Both the position numbers and the translations under genes were made by a program. A model generated the notes under the pieces. It worked only from the letters and a program-made list of their open reading frames with translations. It was not told where the DNA came from and did no database searches. A DNA stretch of 64,000 bases from Salinimicrobium sp. (GTDB lineage: Archaea; Thermoplasmatota; Poseidoniia; Poseidoniales; Poseidoniaceae), in assembly GCA_964228865.1 (NCBI GenBank), contig CAXRAI010000015.1, forward strand, positions 17,936 through 81,935, given 5' to 3'. Every line of letters starts with the position of its first letter. Position 1 is the stretch's first letter. Positions 37,256 through 44,802 of the stretch are shown piece after piece.

Positions 37256-38442
37256 TGGGATGGCTCGGTTTGGACGACACCGACCACTTGGGTGGCGGTT
37301 GCACCACGTGGACCATGCACCAGATGTTGGTGTCCTTGCCGGTTGAGGTGCGCCAGGTCGGAGACCCATGCCTCGTTCGCTTGTACCCCATGGCCAGCGC
37401 GAGAACACGAGGCAACGCTGCTTTGGCCGTTGAACTTGATGTCGGGCTCCCCCCATCGACATGGCATGCTTGGCTCACAGCATACTGGAAGGAACACCTC
37501 GCCCCGTTGGTGGGTCAGGTGACCGTTTCCACCCATGCAGAACGGGAACAAGTGCCCAGCGATCCAGGCCTTGTGTGGTTCGATGAAAAGCCGCCCCCAG
37601 AATTCTATAGAAAAGCCGTCAAGGAGGAAGTTTCGGCCTCGGACGCACCACCTCCAACCTGGTCAGCAGGTGGCAGGGGCATCATCGGCGCAACCGCGGC
37701 GGTGTGTTGGACGCAACGTGTGACCACGTGGGAAGGCATCGCTTGGCGGCAAGGTTCCACGGGCGACCGACAATTGGACGCTCACGTGTTGGAGCGCCTC
37801 GACCATGATCCGCGCCTGGTGGCATGCCGAGATCCTCGGAAAGGACGCGGATTGCTGGCTCCACGAGGCCATTCCCCGGTGCTGTTCGGCCTACGCGGTA
37901 CAGATCGAGCCGCCGTGGAGCGTGGGGTTCGAAGCTTGACGGATGCCGAAGGCACAGAGGCCGTGGCTGCAAGCCGTGTGTTTCAGACCAACCAAGGCAG
38001 CGGTGATCACCTTGAGGAGCCTGTGGAAGCCGTGGTGGAACGCGTCAGCGTTTTGCGAGGAGGTCATGTCGCGTTGACCACCTCCCACGGGACGTGGTTG
38101 GCCTTCGCTCCTTCCGTTCATGTGTGTCGTTTCGCCGCCCAACTCGTCCCTGGTGACACCGTTCGAGGCCTCGGCCTTCACAGCACTGCTCCTGGGCGTG
38201 AAGGCCTGCACCTCGAAGCATTGGAGCATCTCGATGGCCCCATGAGGAACCGTCAACGGCCCATGTGCCCGGCCTGTGGGGTTCGGCTCAAATCGGCCGG
38301 AAAGGAGCAAGGGCTCCGCTGCCCGTCGTGTTCCCATCGCGAACCCGACCGATGGGAGGGCACACCCGTCGTTCGGAGCGGCTGGGTTCAACCACCTTTG
38401 GATCGACGCCGGCATCTGGCACCCGACCTACGCGCTGTTTAG
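37252..38442 (+). CDS. tiaS: tRNA(Ile2) 2-agmatinylcytidine synthetase TiaS
   Basis: 396 aa. The N-terminus WLGLDDTDHLGGGCTTW matches the TiaS IGIDDTDSxxGMCTTY signature. There is a C-terminal zinc ribbon, CPACGVRLKSAGKEQGLRCPSC. The start (GTG 37252 / ATG 37255) overlaps the upstream stop. Confidence 0.8.
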   Translation: MMGWLGLDDTDHLGGGCTTWTMHQMLVSLPVEVRQVGDPCLVRLYPMASARTRGNAALAVELDVGLPPSTWHAWLTAYWKEHLAPLVGQVTVSTHAEREQVPSDPGLVWFDEKPPPEFYRKAVKEEVSASDAPPPTWSAGGRGIIGATAAVCWTQRVTTWEGIAWRQGSTGDRQLDAHVLERLDHDPRLVACRDPRKGRGLLAPRGHSPVLFGLRGTDRAAVERGVRSLTDAEGTEAVAASRVFQTNQGSGDHLEEPVEAVVERVSVLRGGHVALTTSHGTWLAFAPSVHVCRFAAQLVPGDTVRGLGLHSTAPGREGLHLEALEHLDGPMRNRQRPMCPACGVRLKSAGKEQGLRCPSCSHREPDRWEGTPVVRSGWVQPPLDRRRHLAPDLRAV

Positions 38443-38509
38443 ACCAACCGTGTGGTGGACGGTTCCAATCACCGGTATCTTCCTAACGTGGCCGCTCCAA
38501 TTCATCACC

Positions 38510-38749
38510 ATGGCGGACGAAACCGGCGTCGACATCGTGACCGTTCTAGCTGGCCTGGTGTTCCTCGGCTTGGTCGCATTTGTGGTTTGGAAAGCACGTC
38601 AGAATCGAGCGGAAGCCTTGGCGAAGACCGGCCCAAAGGTGGCAGGTGAAGATCCATTGGAAGGCGGTGCTCGACGTCCAGAGGCCTTCGATGAACCAAC
38701 AGAAGAAGACCTTGAGATGATGGGCGAACTGCTCGATGAACTCGAGTGA
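38510..38749 (+). CDS. small hypothetical membrane protein (N-terminal TM, acidic C-terminus)
   Basis: Internal ATG of track ORF 38276..38749, chosen because the upstream part overlaps tiaS. Sequence: MADETGVDIVTVLAGLVFLGLVAFVVWKARQNRAE...EEDLEMMGELLDELE. Its composition matches the other proteins in this window. Confidence 0.4.
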   Translation: MADETGVDIVTVLAGLVFLGLVAFVVWKARQNRAEALAKTGPKVAGEDPLEGGARRPEAFDEPTEEDLEMMGELLDELE

Positions 38750-39331
38750 TCAGACGGATTCAACGCCCTCATCCACCACACGCAGGCGTTCGGCGCCTTC
38801 AGGACCTTCCAACCGTCGTGCTCCGCTTGAACCGTGCGTCATGCGCCATGACGCAAAACCTGCTGCGAGCAAGCGATCTTCAGATCGAACCCGAAATCCA
38901 TCTTCCGCATCCATGTCCGTGCCAAGTTTGGCCGTCACGAACAAGAAAATGTCACCAAGCCCGGAGGCCAAGTCGCTCATGGCGTCAAAGGATGCGGGTG
39001 GAATGCGCCCGGTGGTTGGAGCCCAATCGTCCATCACCACAAGGCCAACTCCGGGAAGGGATGTTGCTGCCTTCAGCAAGGATTTCGTGACCAAATCCAT
39101 GCGCCCGACCAAATTCATCGCGTGGAACCGTGAGGCCACGGCTGGAGGTAGTCCGCCGATGACCTGTGCAAAGCGTGCGGGGTCCGGCATCTCTGGTGCC
39201 GCCCAAAGCACCCGCTTCCCGTCCTCGAGGGCGAGACGGGCCATGTGGAGGCCAAGGCTTGTTGCTCCTGCTCCGGATTCACTTGCAAGGTGGACCTTGG
39301 AAGCCTTGAACGACGGACGCCAGGATGCCAT
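38750..39331 (-). CDS. hypothetical RecA/KaiC-superfamily-like protein with degenerate Walker A
   Basis: 193 aa. HLASESGAGATSLGLHMARLALEDGKRVLWAAPE resembles the KaiC/RadB-type P-loop region, but the GK[ST] lysine is replaced (GAGATS). GLVVMDDW resembles Walker B. The overlapping plus-strand ORF 38736..39347 is Ser/Arg/Pro-rich and looks spurious. Confidence 0.45.
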   Translation of the reverse strand: MASWRPSFKASKVHLASESGAGATSLGLHMARLALEDGKRVLWAAPEMPDPARFAQVIGGLPPAVASRFHAMNLVGRMDLVTKSLLKAATSLPGVGLVVMDDWAPTTGRIPPASFDAMSDLASGLGDIFLFVTAKLGTDMDAEDGFRVRSEDRLLAAGFASWRMTHGSSGARRLEGPEGAERLRVVDEGVESV

Positions 39332-39408
39332 GGTGGGTGTCCGTTGACGAAGGAGAAAGACGCTTCCGGTGTCGGAACGCTCTTGATGTGCCGGCCAAAG
39401 ACCACCTC

Positions 39409-39621
39409 ATGGCCGAGGACGCCACCAAGGAACGCATCCCGCGTCGCCCTGCTCCCGAATTCACTGAAGTCGGTTCATTTGGTGAGGCCCTGAAGACGCA
39501 CGGCCTCATCGGTACCGCTGTGAACGACAAGAATCAGTACGGCCCGGTGGGGATGATGGTGCTCTTGTTCATCGTGGCGGCCATCACCTCCCTCGGACTT
39601 CTGCTGATTCGCTCGTCTTGA
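39409..39621 (+). CDS. small hypothetical tail-anchored membrane protein
   Basis: Internal ATG of track ORF 39325..39621. Sequence: MAEDATKERIPRRPAPEFTEVGSFGEALKTHGL...GPVGMMVLLFIVAAITSLGLLLIRSS. It has a single TM at the extreme C-terminus. Confidence 0.35.
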   Translation: MAEDATKERIPRRPAPEFTEVGSFGEALKTHGLIGTAVNDKNQYGPVGMMVLLFIVAAITSLGLLLIRSS

Positions 39622-40097
39622 AGCGCAAGGGCTATCCTCCTCTCGACCCGCTTTGGGTCATGGACCAAGGACATCCTCCTGCGACGATGGCCTTCACCGA
39701 CCGACGTTGGACGATCATGGCCGCGCTGTTGGGATCCAACACCGCCGTGATGCTGGTTCATGGGCTTCAGCAGGAAATGAACCCGAGCGTCACGCGCGAG
39801 TTTGCCTTGACCCTCATCGCTGTCACGTTGCCCTTCCAAGCGGTGTACTTCATGATCCACACCTATGCCGATTCCTTCGCGACCAACCTGGCCCCTGCTG
39901 AACGCAGAACGCTGGAGCGCTTGTCCACCGTCTGCCAAATCATCGCGTATGCTTCGTTGTTGGGCTTGGCCATCCTTTGGAGCAACGTGTCCCCCTTCGT
40001 GGGTGGTGGCTTCCTGCTTGCGTCGTTTTGCGCGCTGCTGATGGTTCGACTGGCCATGCGGGAAGCACGGTCCTCCGAAGCCGCGCGTTCCTCGTGA
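39618..40097 (+). CDS. hypothetical membrane protein (4 TM)
   Basis: 159 aa. The TTG at 39618 overlaps the upstream stop (TTGA); alternative ATGs lie at 39660 and 39687. Four hydrophobic segments. No family recognised. Confidence 0.45.
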   Translation: MKRKGYPPLDPLWVMDQGHPPATMAFTDRRWTIMAALLGSNTAVMLVHGLQQEMNPSVTREFALTLIAVTLPFQAVYFMIHTYADSFATNLAPAERRTLERLSTVCQIIAYASLLGLAILWSNVSPFVGGGFLLASFCALLMVRLAMREARSSEAARSS

Positions 40098-40143
40098 ACG
40101 TCGGCCTGCGAAGGTTGATGGGGCGGCCACAACGCCCACGAGC

Positions 40144-41493
40144 ATGGCCTTCTGTCCGTTGGATTACCGGTACGGGTCGCAAGACTTCAAGCAAATTTGG
40201 TCCGAAGACGGTCGTCATGAACGCCAACTTGAGGTCGAACGTGCCTTGGTGTGGGCGCACCAACAGATGGGCCGAGTGACGGCCGAAGACTACGCGGTCA
40301 TTGCTGAGATCGCTGTCCCCGAGGTTGTTACGAAGCAACGGGTCAGTGAAATCGAGGCCGAGACGCGACACGACATCATGGCCTTGACCAAAGCGATGGC
40401 TGAAGCCGCAGGCGACGCGGGATGGTGCGTTCACCTGGGCGCCACGTCCAACGACATCGTGGACACGGCCGTCGGATTGCAGTTGCGTGACAGCCTTGTC
40501 CTTCTACGCAAGGGCCTGTGCGACCTCATGGCGGTGTGCGCGGACGTTGCCGAGCGTGAGCGGGACACGGTCATGCTTGGACGCACGCACGGACAAGCTG
40601 CCGTTCCGATCACCTTCGGGTTGAAGGCCGCCGTGTGGTTGGACGAACTTCGTCGTCACCTCATTCGCCTTGACGAAGCAAGCCCTCGGATTGCCGTCGG
40701 AAAATTCCTCGGAGCCGTTGGCACAGGCGCTGCGCAAGGGGAGGGGGCCCGTGAATTGCAACGCTTGATCCTTGAGCACCTCGGTCTTGGCGTTCCACTC
40801 GCCACCACACAGGTCGTTGGTCGCGACCGCTACATCGAGTACGTCCATTGGATGGGCAACACCGCCACGACATGTCAGAAGGTGTTGACAGAAATCCGCA
40901 ACCTGCAGCGGTCGGAAATCTCAGAAGCCGGCGAGGGATTCGACGTCAAGAAGCAAGTGGGCTCCTCAACCATGGCCCACAAGAAGAACCCCATCACCAG
41001 CGAAAACGCCAGCGGCTTGGCCCGCATCGTGCGGTCCTTCATCGCACCGAGCCACGAGAACGCCATCCTTTGGCACGAGCGTGACTTGGCCAACTCCAGC
41101 GCCGAGCGCTTCACGCTCTCTCACGCCTCCGCCTTGTGCGAAGACGTGCTGGCCAAGACCGCCAAGGTGCTTCGCGGCATGTGGGTTGATGCCGCCCGCT
41201 GCCTGAAAAACATCGAAGATCAACGTGGTCTGGTCATGGCCGAGAAGGTGATGATCGAGCTGACTTCACACGGCATCGGCCGTGACGAAGCCCACGAAAT
41301 CCTACGCACGGCATCCTTCACGGCCGTTGAGACCGGAGAGCATCTGATGGACATCTGCATGCGAACCCCTGAGATCACAGCCGTCTTCAGCGTTGAAGAC
41401 CTGGAAGCCATGTTCAACCCAGCCAACCACATCGGCGTCTCGGGCGAATTGGTCGACGAAGCGGTCGCTCTGGCCCGCGCGGCCATCGCATGA
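40144..41493 (+). CDS. purB: adenylosuccinate lyase
   Basis: 449 aa. CPLDYRYGSQDFKQIWSE, LGATSNDIVDTA, and GSSTMAHKKNPITSEN (fumarate-lyase signature) are seen. Confidence 0.92.
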   Translation: MAFCPLDYRYGSQDFKQIWSEDGRHERQLEVERALVWAHQQMGRVTAEDYAVIAEIAVPEVVTKQRVSEIEAETRHDIMALTKAMAEAAGDAGWCVHLGATSNDIVDTAVGLQLRDSLVLLRKGLCDLMAVCADVAERERDTVMLGRTHGQAAVPITFGLKAAVWLDELRRHLIRLDEASPRIAVGKFLGAVGTGAAQGEGARELQRLILEHLGLGVPLATTQVVGRDRYIEYVHWMGNTATTCQKVLTEIRNLQRSEISEAGEGFDVKKQVGSSTMAHKKNPITSENASGLARIVRSFIAPSHENAILWHERDLANSSAERFTLSHASALCEDVLAKTAKVLRGMWVDAARCLKNIEDQRGLVMAEKVMIELTSHGIGRDEAHEILRTASFTAVETGEHLMDICMRTPEITAVFSVEDLEAMFNPANHIGVSGELVDEAVALARAAIA

Positions 41494-42138
41494 TCAGGAC
41501 ATCTCAAGGTGGCCGCGGCGACCGTCCCACACGGCTGTCCACGTCACGTCCAATCCGTCAGGGAACATTGGGGCACGCACCACCAGCGTCTCGTACTCGC
41601 CACCTTCGCCGTCGACGTTGAACCGGTGCACCTTGGCCAAGGCCTCCAATTCGTCCAAAGCCTCGTTGTCCAGCACACGTCCCAACCACGACGCGTCAAG
41701 CCCCTCGGCCGAAACCGAAGTGATGAGGACATCAAAACCATGCTCGGCCAATCCACGAAGGTGCTCCATCGGTTGTTGATGCCACAGTGGGGTCCACGAA
41801 CGCAGTCCCAAGGATTCACCCAATCGCTCCAACCTGTTGCGCTGGTAGTCGGAGCGCAATGCTCCACTCACAAAACCGTCCAAACGGTGTGCGGTGAGCA
41901 TGGCAGCGAGGGCCTCGAAGTCCGGGCCTTCCGCTCCGTCGATCACGCGGTGGTCCCACGCCACACCTGCGGCGGTGGCCTGCCGTTCCGTGATCCGCGT
42001 GTTGGGAACCTGGAACATGGGGGAGTCTCCCTCAACCACAAGGGTGACGATCACGCACACGTCCCATCCTCTGCACGTGGCCCACCACCACGCTGCGGAG
42101 GAGTCTTTCCCGCCGGACGAGAGGACCGCAACGCGCAT
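41494..42138 (-). CDS. N-type ATP pyrophosphatase, diphthine-ammonia ligase (Dph6/MJ0570-like)
   Basis: The start is set at the ATG at 42138 (MRVAVLSSGGKDSS, PP-loop). GALRSDYQRNRLERL, WTPLW and GEGGEYETLVVRAPMF are seen. Convergent with purB, with zero spacing. Confidence 0.75.
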   Translation of the reverse strand: MRVAVLSSGGKDSSAAWWWATCRGWDVCVIVTLVVEGDSPMFQVPNTRITERQATAAGVAWDHRVIDGAEGPDFEALAAMLTAHRLDGFVSGALRSDYQRNRLERLGESLGLRSWTPLWHQQPMEHLRGLAEHGFDVLITSVSAEGLDASWLGRVLDNEALDELEALAKVHRFNVDGEGGEYETLVVRAPMFPDGLDVTWTAVWDGRRGHLEMS

Positions 42139-42248
42139 GTTCCTGCGGAGTGGAAGGCCTTCATCAGCCTGACCTTGAGAAAGAGGGTTCAAATGGGGTG
42201 GACCCGCGCTTCAACCGTAGGCGGCGGGTCCGTCTTGGAGGCAACATC

Positions 42249-42971
42249 ATGCAACCCAGCGGACGAGGTTACGACCACGGCATTACCACCTTCAGCCCAG
42301 ACGGCCGACTGTTCCAAGTCGAATACGCCAGGGAGTCGGTCAAGCGCGGCACCACCACCGCTGGACTGAAGTTCCGCGACGGCGTGGTGCTGGTCTGCGA
42401 CAAGCGCATCATCTCACGCCTCATCATCCCCGAATCCATCGAGAAGGTGTTCAAGGTTGACGAGCACGTTGGTGTCGCCACCTCTGGTTTGGTGGCCGAC
42501 GCACGCCAACTCGTGGGCCGTGCTCGCGTGGAAGCCCAGATCAACCGAATCACCTACGCAGACACCATCCCCGTGGACGTCTTGGTGAAGAAAATCTGTG
42601 ACTTCAAGCAGTCCTTCACCCAGTACGGTGGCTCCCGGCCCTTCGGCACCGCCTTGCTCATCGGTGGAGTCGACGATGAAGGGATTCACCTCTACGAAAC
42701 GGATCCCTCCGGCGCATACCAGAGCTACCATGCTGGCGCCATCGGAAGTGGGCGCAACACCGTGATTGAATTCTTTGAGCAGAAGTGGAAGGAGGGATTG
42801 ACCCTCAACGCTGCCATGAAGCTCGGCCTCGAAGCCCTTCAGCACGCCAACGACAGCAACCTGAACAGGGAAGCCGTCGAGGTGGCCACGATCACCGCTG
42901 AGGGCTACAACGTGCTTGACCGTGCAGCCGTCAACAAGCAGATCGACCGGCTCAAGCCCATCGACGAGTGA
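42249..42971 (+). CDS. psmA: proteasome alpha subunit
   Basis: The start is at the ATG at 42249. MQPSGRGYDHGITTFSPDGRLFQVEYARESVKRGTT is the canonical alpha-subunit N-terminus. Confidence 0.95.
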   Translation: MQPSGRGYDHGITTFSPDGRLFQVEYARESVKRGTTTAGLKFRDGVVLVCDKRIISRLIIPESIEKVFKVDEHVGVATSGLVADARQLVGRARVEAQINRITYADTIPVDVLVKKICDFKQSFTQYGGSRPFGTALLIGGVDDEGIHLYETDPSGAYQSYHAGAIGSGRNTVIEFFEQKWKEGLTLNAAMKLGLEALQHANDSNLNREAVEVATITAEGYNVLDRAAVNKQIDRLKPIDE

Positions 42972-42984
42972 ACGGTGACCGTGC

Positions 42985-43677
42985 ATGGTCTCCCTTGACG
43001 ACGCGGTTGTGGCGCGTTGGGAGCACGGCGGAAAGCGCTACGAAGTTCTTCTCGACCCTGACTTGGTCGAGTCTTTTCGTGAAGACCCTGATGCCGTGAA
43101 TCTTGACGACTTGATGGCCGTCGAAGACGTGTTTCACGACGCCCGCCAAGGCGAGCGCCCTGCAGTGGACGACCTCATCGCGACCTTTGGTTCGGAAGAC
43201 GTCGGTGCGGCAACGCGAACCATCCTCGAACGCGGCAGCATCCAGTTGACCACCGCGCAACGAAAGGCACGCGTCGATGCCATGCGCCAACGCATCCTCC
43301 ACCAAATCCACAGCCAGGCGGTGGACCCTCGGACCAAGTCACCACATCCGCGGGCGCGTTTGGAACTCGCGCTTGAAGAAAGCCGATTCTCTGTGGATCC
43401 TTTCAAGCGGCTTGAAGCCCAAGTCAAGGACGCCATCAACGTCCTCAAACCATTGATTCCACTCTCGTTTGAACGCATCAAGTTGGCCTTCAAGGTCAGC
43501 GGTTCGGCCTACGGTCGTGCTCACCAAGTCCTTCGCCCAGACCTGAAGCGAGAAGAATGGTTGGCCAACGGCGCATGGGTCGGCATCGTGGAGGTCCCGG
43601 CCGCGCGCAAAGCGGACCTCATTGAAGACATCATGCGCTTGGACAAAGACGCAGAAGTCAGGGAACTGCCCTCGTGA
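42985..43677 (+). CDS. SBDS/Sdo1-family ribosome maturation protein
   Basis: 230 aa. VSLDDAVVARWEHGGKRYEVLLDPDLV...VFHDARQGERP...GSIQLTTAQRK are seen. The conserved archaeal neighbourhood next to psmA supports the call. Confidence 0.88.
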   Translation: MVSLDDAVVARWEHGGKRYEVLLDPDLVESFREDPDAVNLDDLMAVEDVFHDARQGERPAVDDLIATFGSEDVGAATRTILERGSIQLTTAQRKARVDAMRQRILHQIHSQAVDPRTKSPHPRARLELALEESRFSVDPFKRLEAQVKDAINVLKPLIPLSFERIKLAFKVSGSAYGRAHQVLRPDLKREEWLANGAWVGIVEVPAARKADLIEDIMRLDKDAEVRELPS

Positions 43678-43725
43678 TTGGGGGCTCATCCATCGACCAA
43701 AGGTCGATGCTCACGTTCAGTGGAC

Positions 43726-44793
43726 TCAGCGGGTCGCGAGGGTGAGGTTCTTCCACATGTCCTCGGGGACTTCCATGGACAAGCGCAGGCCACCCATGGC
43801 GCCCAAGCGAACAGGGTCATCGACCACGTGGACGTTGACGTCACCCATGTCGGACAGGCGGCGCTCAATCATCGCACCAAGACCGCGAATACCAGAGCCG
43901 CCACCGGCGAGCACCATGTTGCGACGGAATTCATCATGGAATTCGGGGTTGGAACCGGCGATGAGTTTCTTGACGTTTTCAACGATGGGATCAACGATGG
44001 ACTCGCAAGCGCGCTGCACACAATCGGTGATGTCGAGGGTCATGGCCTTGCCTTCGATGGAGAAATCCACCATGATGGGATCTTCGGGCGGTGAGGTGGA
44101 CACGAAGGAGTGCTGCTCCTTCCAACGGCGGGCCATGTCCTTGGTGACTTGGGCCCCGTTGTACTTTCCTTGAACTTCCTTGATGATCTGGCCGTCGACA
44201 TAATCGCCGGCGTAGCCGGTGTGCATCTGGTCTCCGGGGCCAGGGATGGTTCCGTAAACGCGGCACAGGTCGGTCGTTCCTGCACCAATGTCGATGACCA
44301 GGGTGTGCTCGAGCATGTCGAGCGCGTAGGCCACAGCGAAGGGTTCGGAGATGATCATGGCGGCGTTCACGGAGCCTGCAGCTGCGTCGAAGATGGCCGT
44401 CTTGTCGACGTGGCTTGCTTCGGCCGGGGCACCGATCACGGCGACCACGCGGTCGTAATCTTCAGGGTCGGACAAGCCGATGAGGTGGGTGATGAAATGG
44501 GCGATGTATTGCCGGTCTTCGGGGGTGTCCTTGATCACACCGAGTTCCAAAGGTCGGTAGAGGTTCAATGCGAGGCGGTTCTTGAGGGCCTCCTCACCGA
44601 ACAGCACGTCACGCTTCAGGAAGTTGCGAGCGACCGGATCCTTGGGGGTCCCGATGACGGTCAACTCTTCCACTTCGTGGGATGCAGAGGACACCATCAC
44701 GGAACGGAAGGTTCCGAGGTCGATTCCAATGTAAAGCGTCTCTTTGGCCATGGGCCCACGAGCGTGGTTTCGCTTATGAACCATCCCTTGCAT
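43726..44793 (-). CDS. actin-fold filament protein, MamK-like subfamily
   Basis: 355 aa (341 aa if it starts at the ATG at 44751). LYIGIDLGTFRS (phosphate 1), AVIGAPAEAS, MIISEPFAVAYAL, LVIDIGAGTTDLCRVYGTIPGPGDQ (phosphate 2) and MVLAGGGSGIRGLG (adenosine) are seen. The strings resemble MamK as I remember it (SEPFMVGYGL, IVDIGAGTTDICALKGTVPGPEDQ) more than MreB. Confidence 0.8.
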   Translation of the reverse strand: MQGMVHKRNHARGPMAKETLYIGIDLGTFRSVMVSSASHEVEELTVIGTPKDPVARNFLKRDVLFGEEALKNRLALNLYRPLELGVIKDTPEDRQYIAHFITHLIGLSDPEDYDRVVAVIGAPAEASHVDKTAIFDAAAGSVNAAMIISEPFAVAYALDMLEHTLVIDIGAGTTDLCRVYGTIPGPGDQMHTGYAGDYVDGQIIKEVQGKYNGAQVTKDMARRWKEQHSFVSTSPPEDPIMVDFSIEGKAMTLDITDCVQRACESIVDPIVENVKKLIAGSNPEFHDEFRRNMVLAGGGSGIRGLGAMIERRLSDMGDVNVHVVDDPVRLGAMGGLRLSMEVPEDMWKNLTLATR

Positions 44794-44802
44794 GATTTGG
44801 TG

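Noticed and set aside
38736-39347. 203-aa plus-strand ORF opposite the RecA/KaiC-like gene
   Set aside because: It has a Ser/Arg/Pro-rich low-complexity product. The minus-strand frame has normal composition and P-loop-like architecture. The choice is nevertheless only moderately secure.
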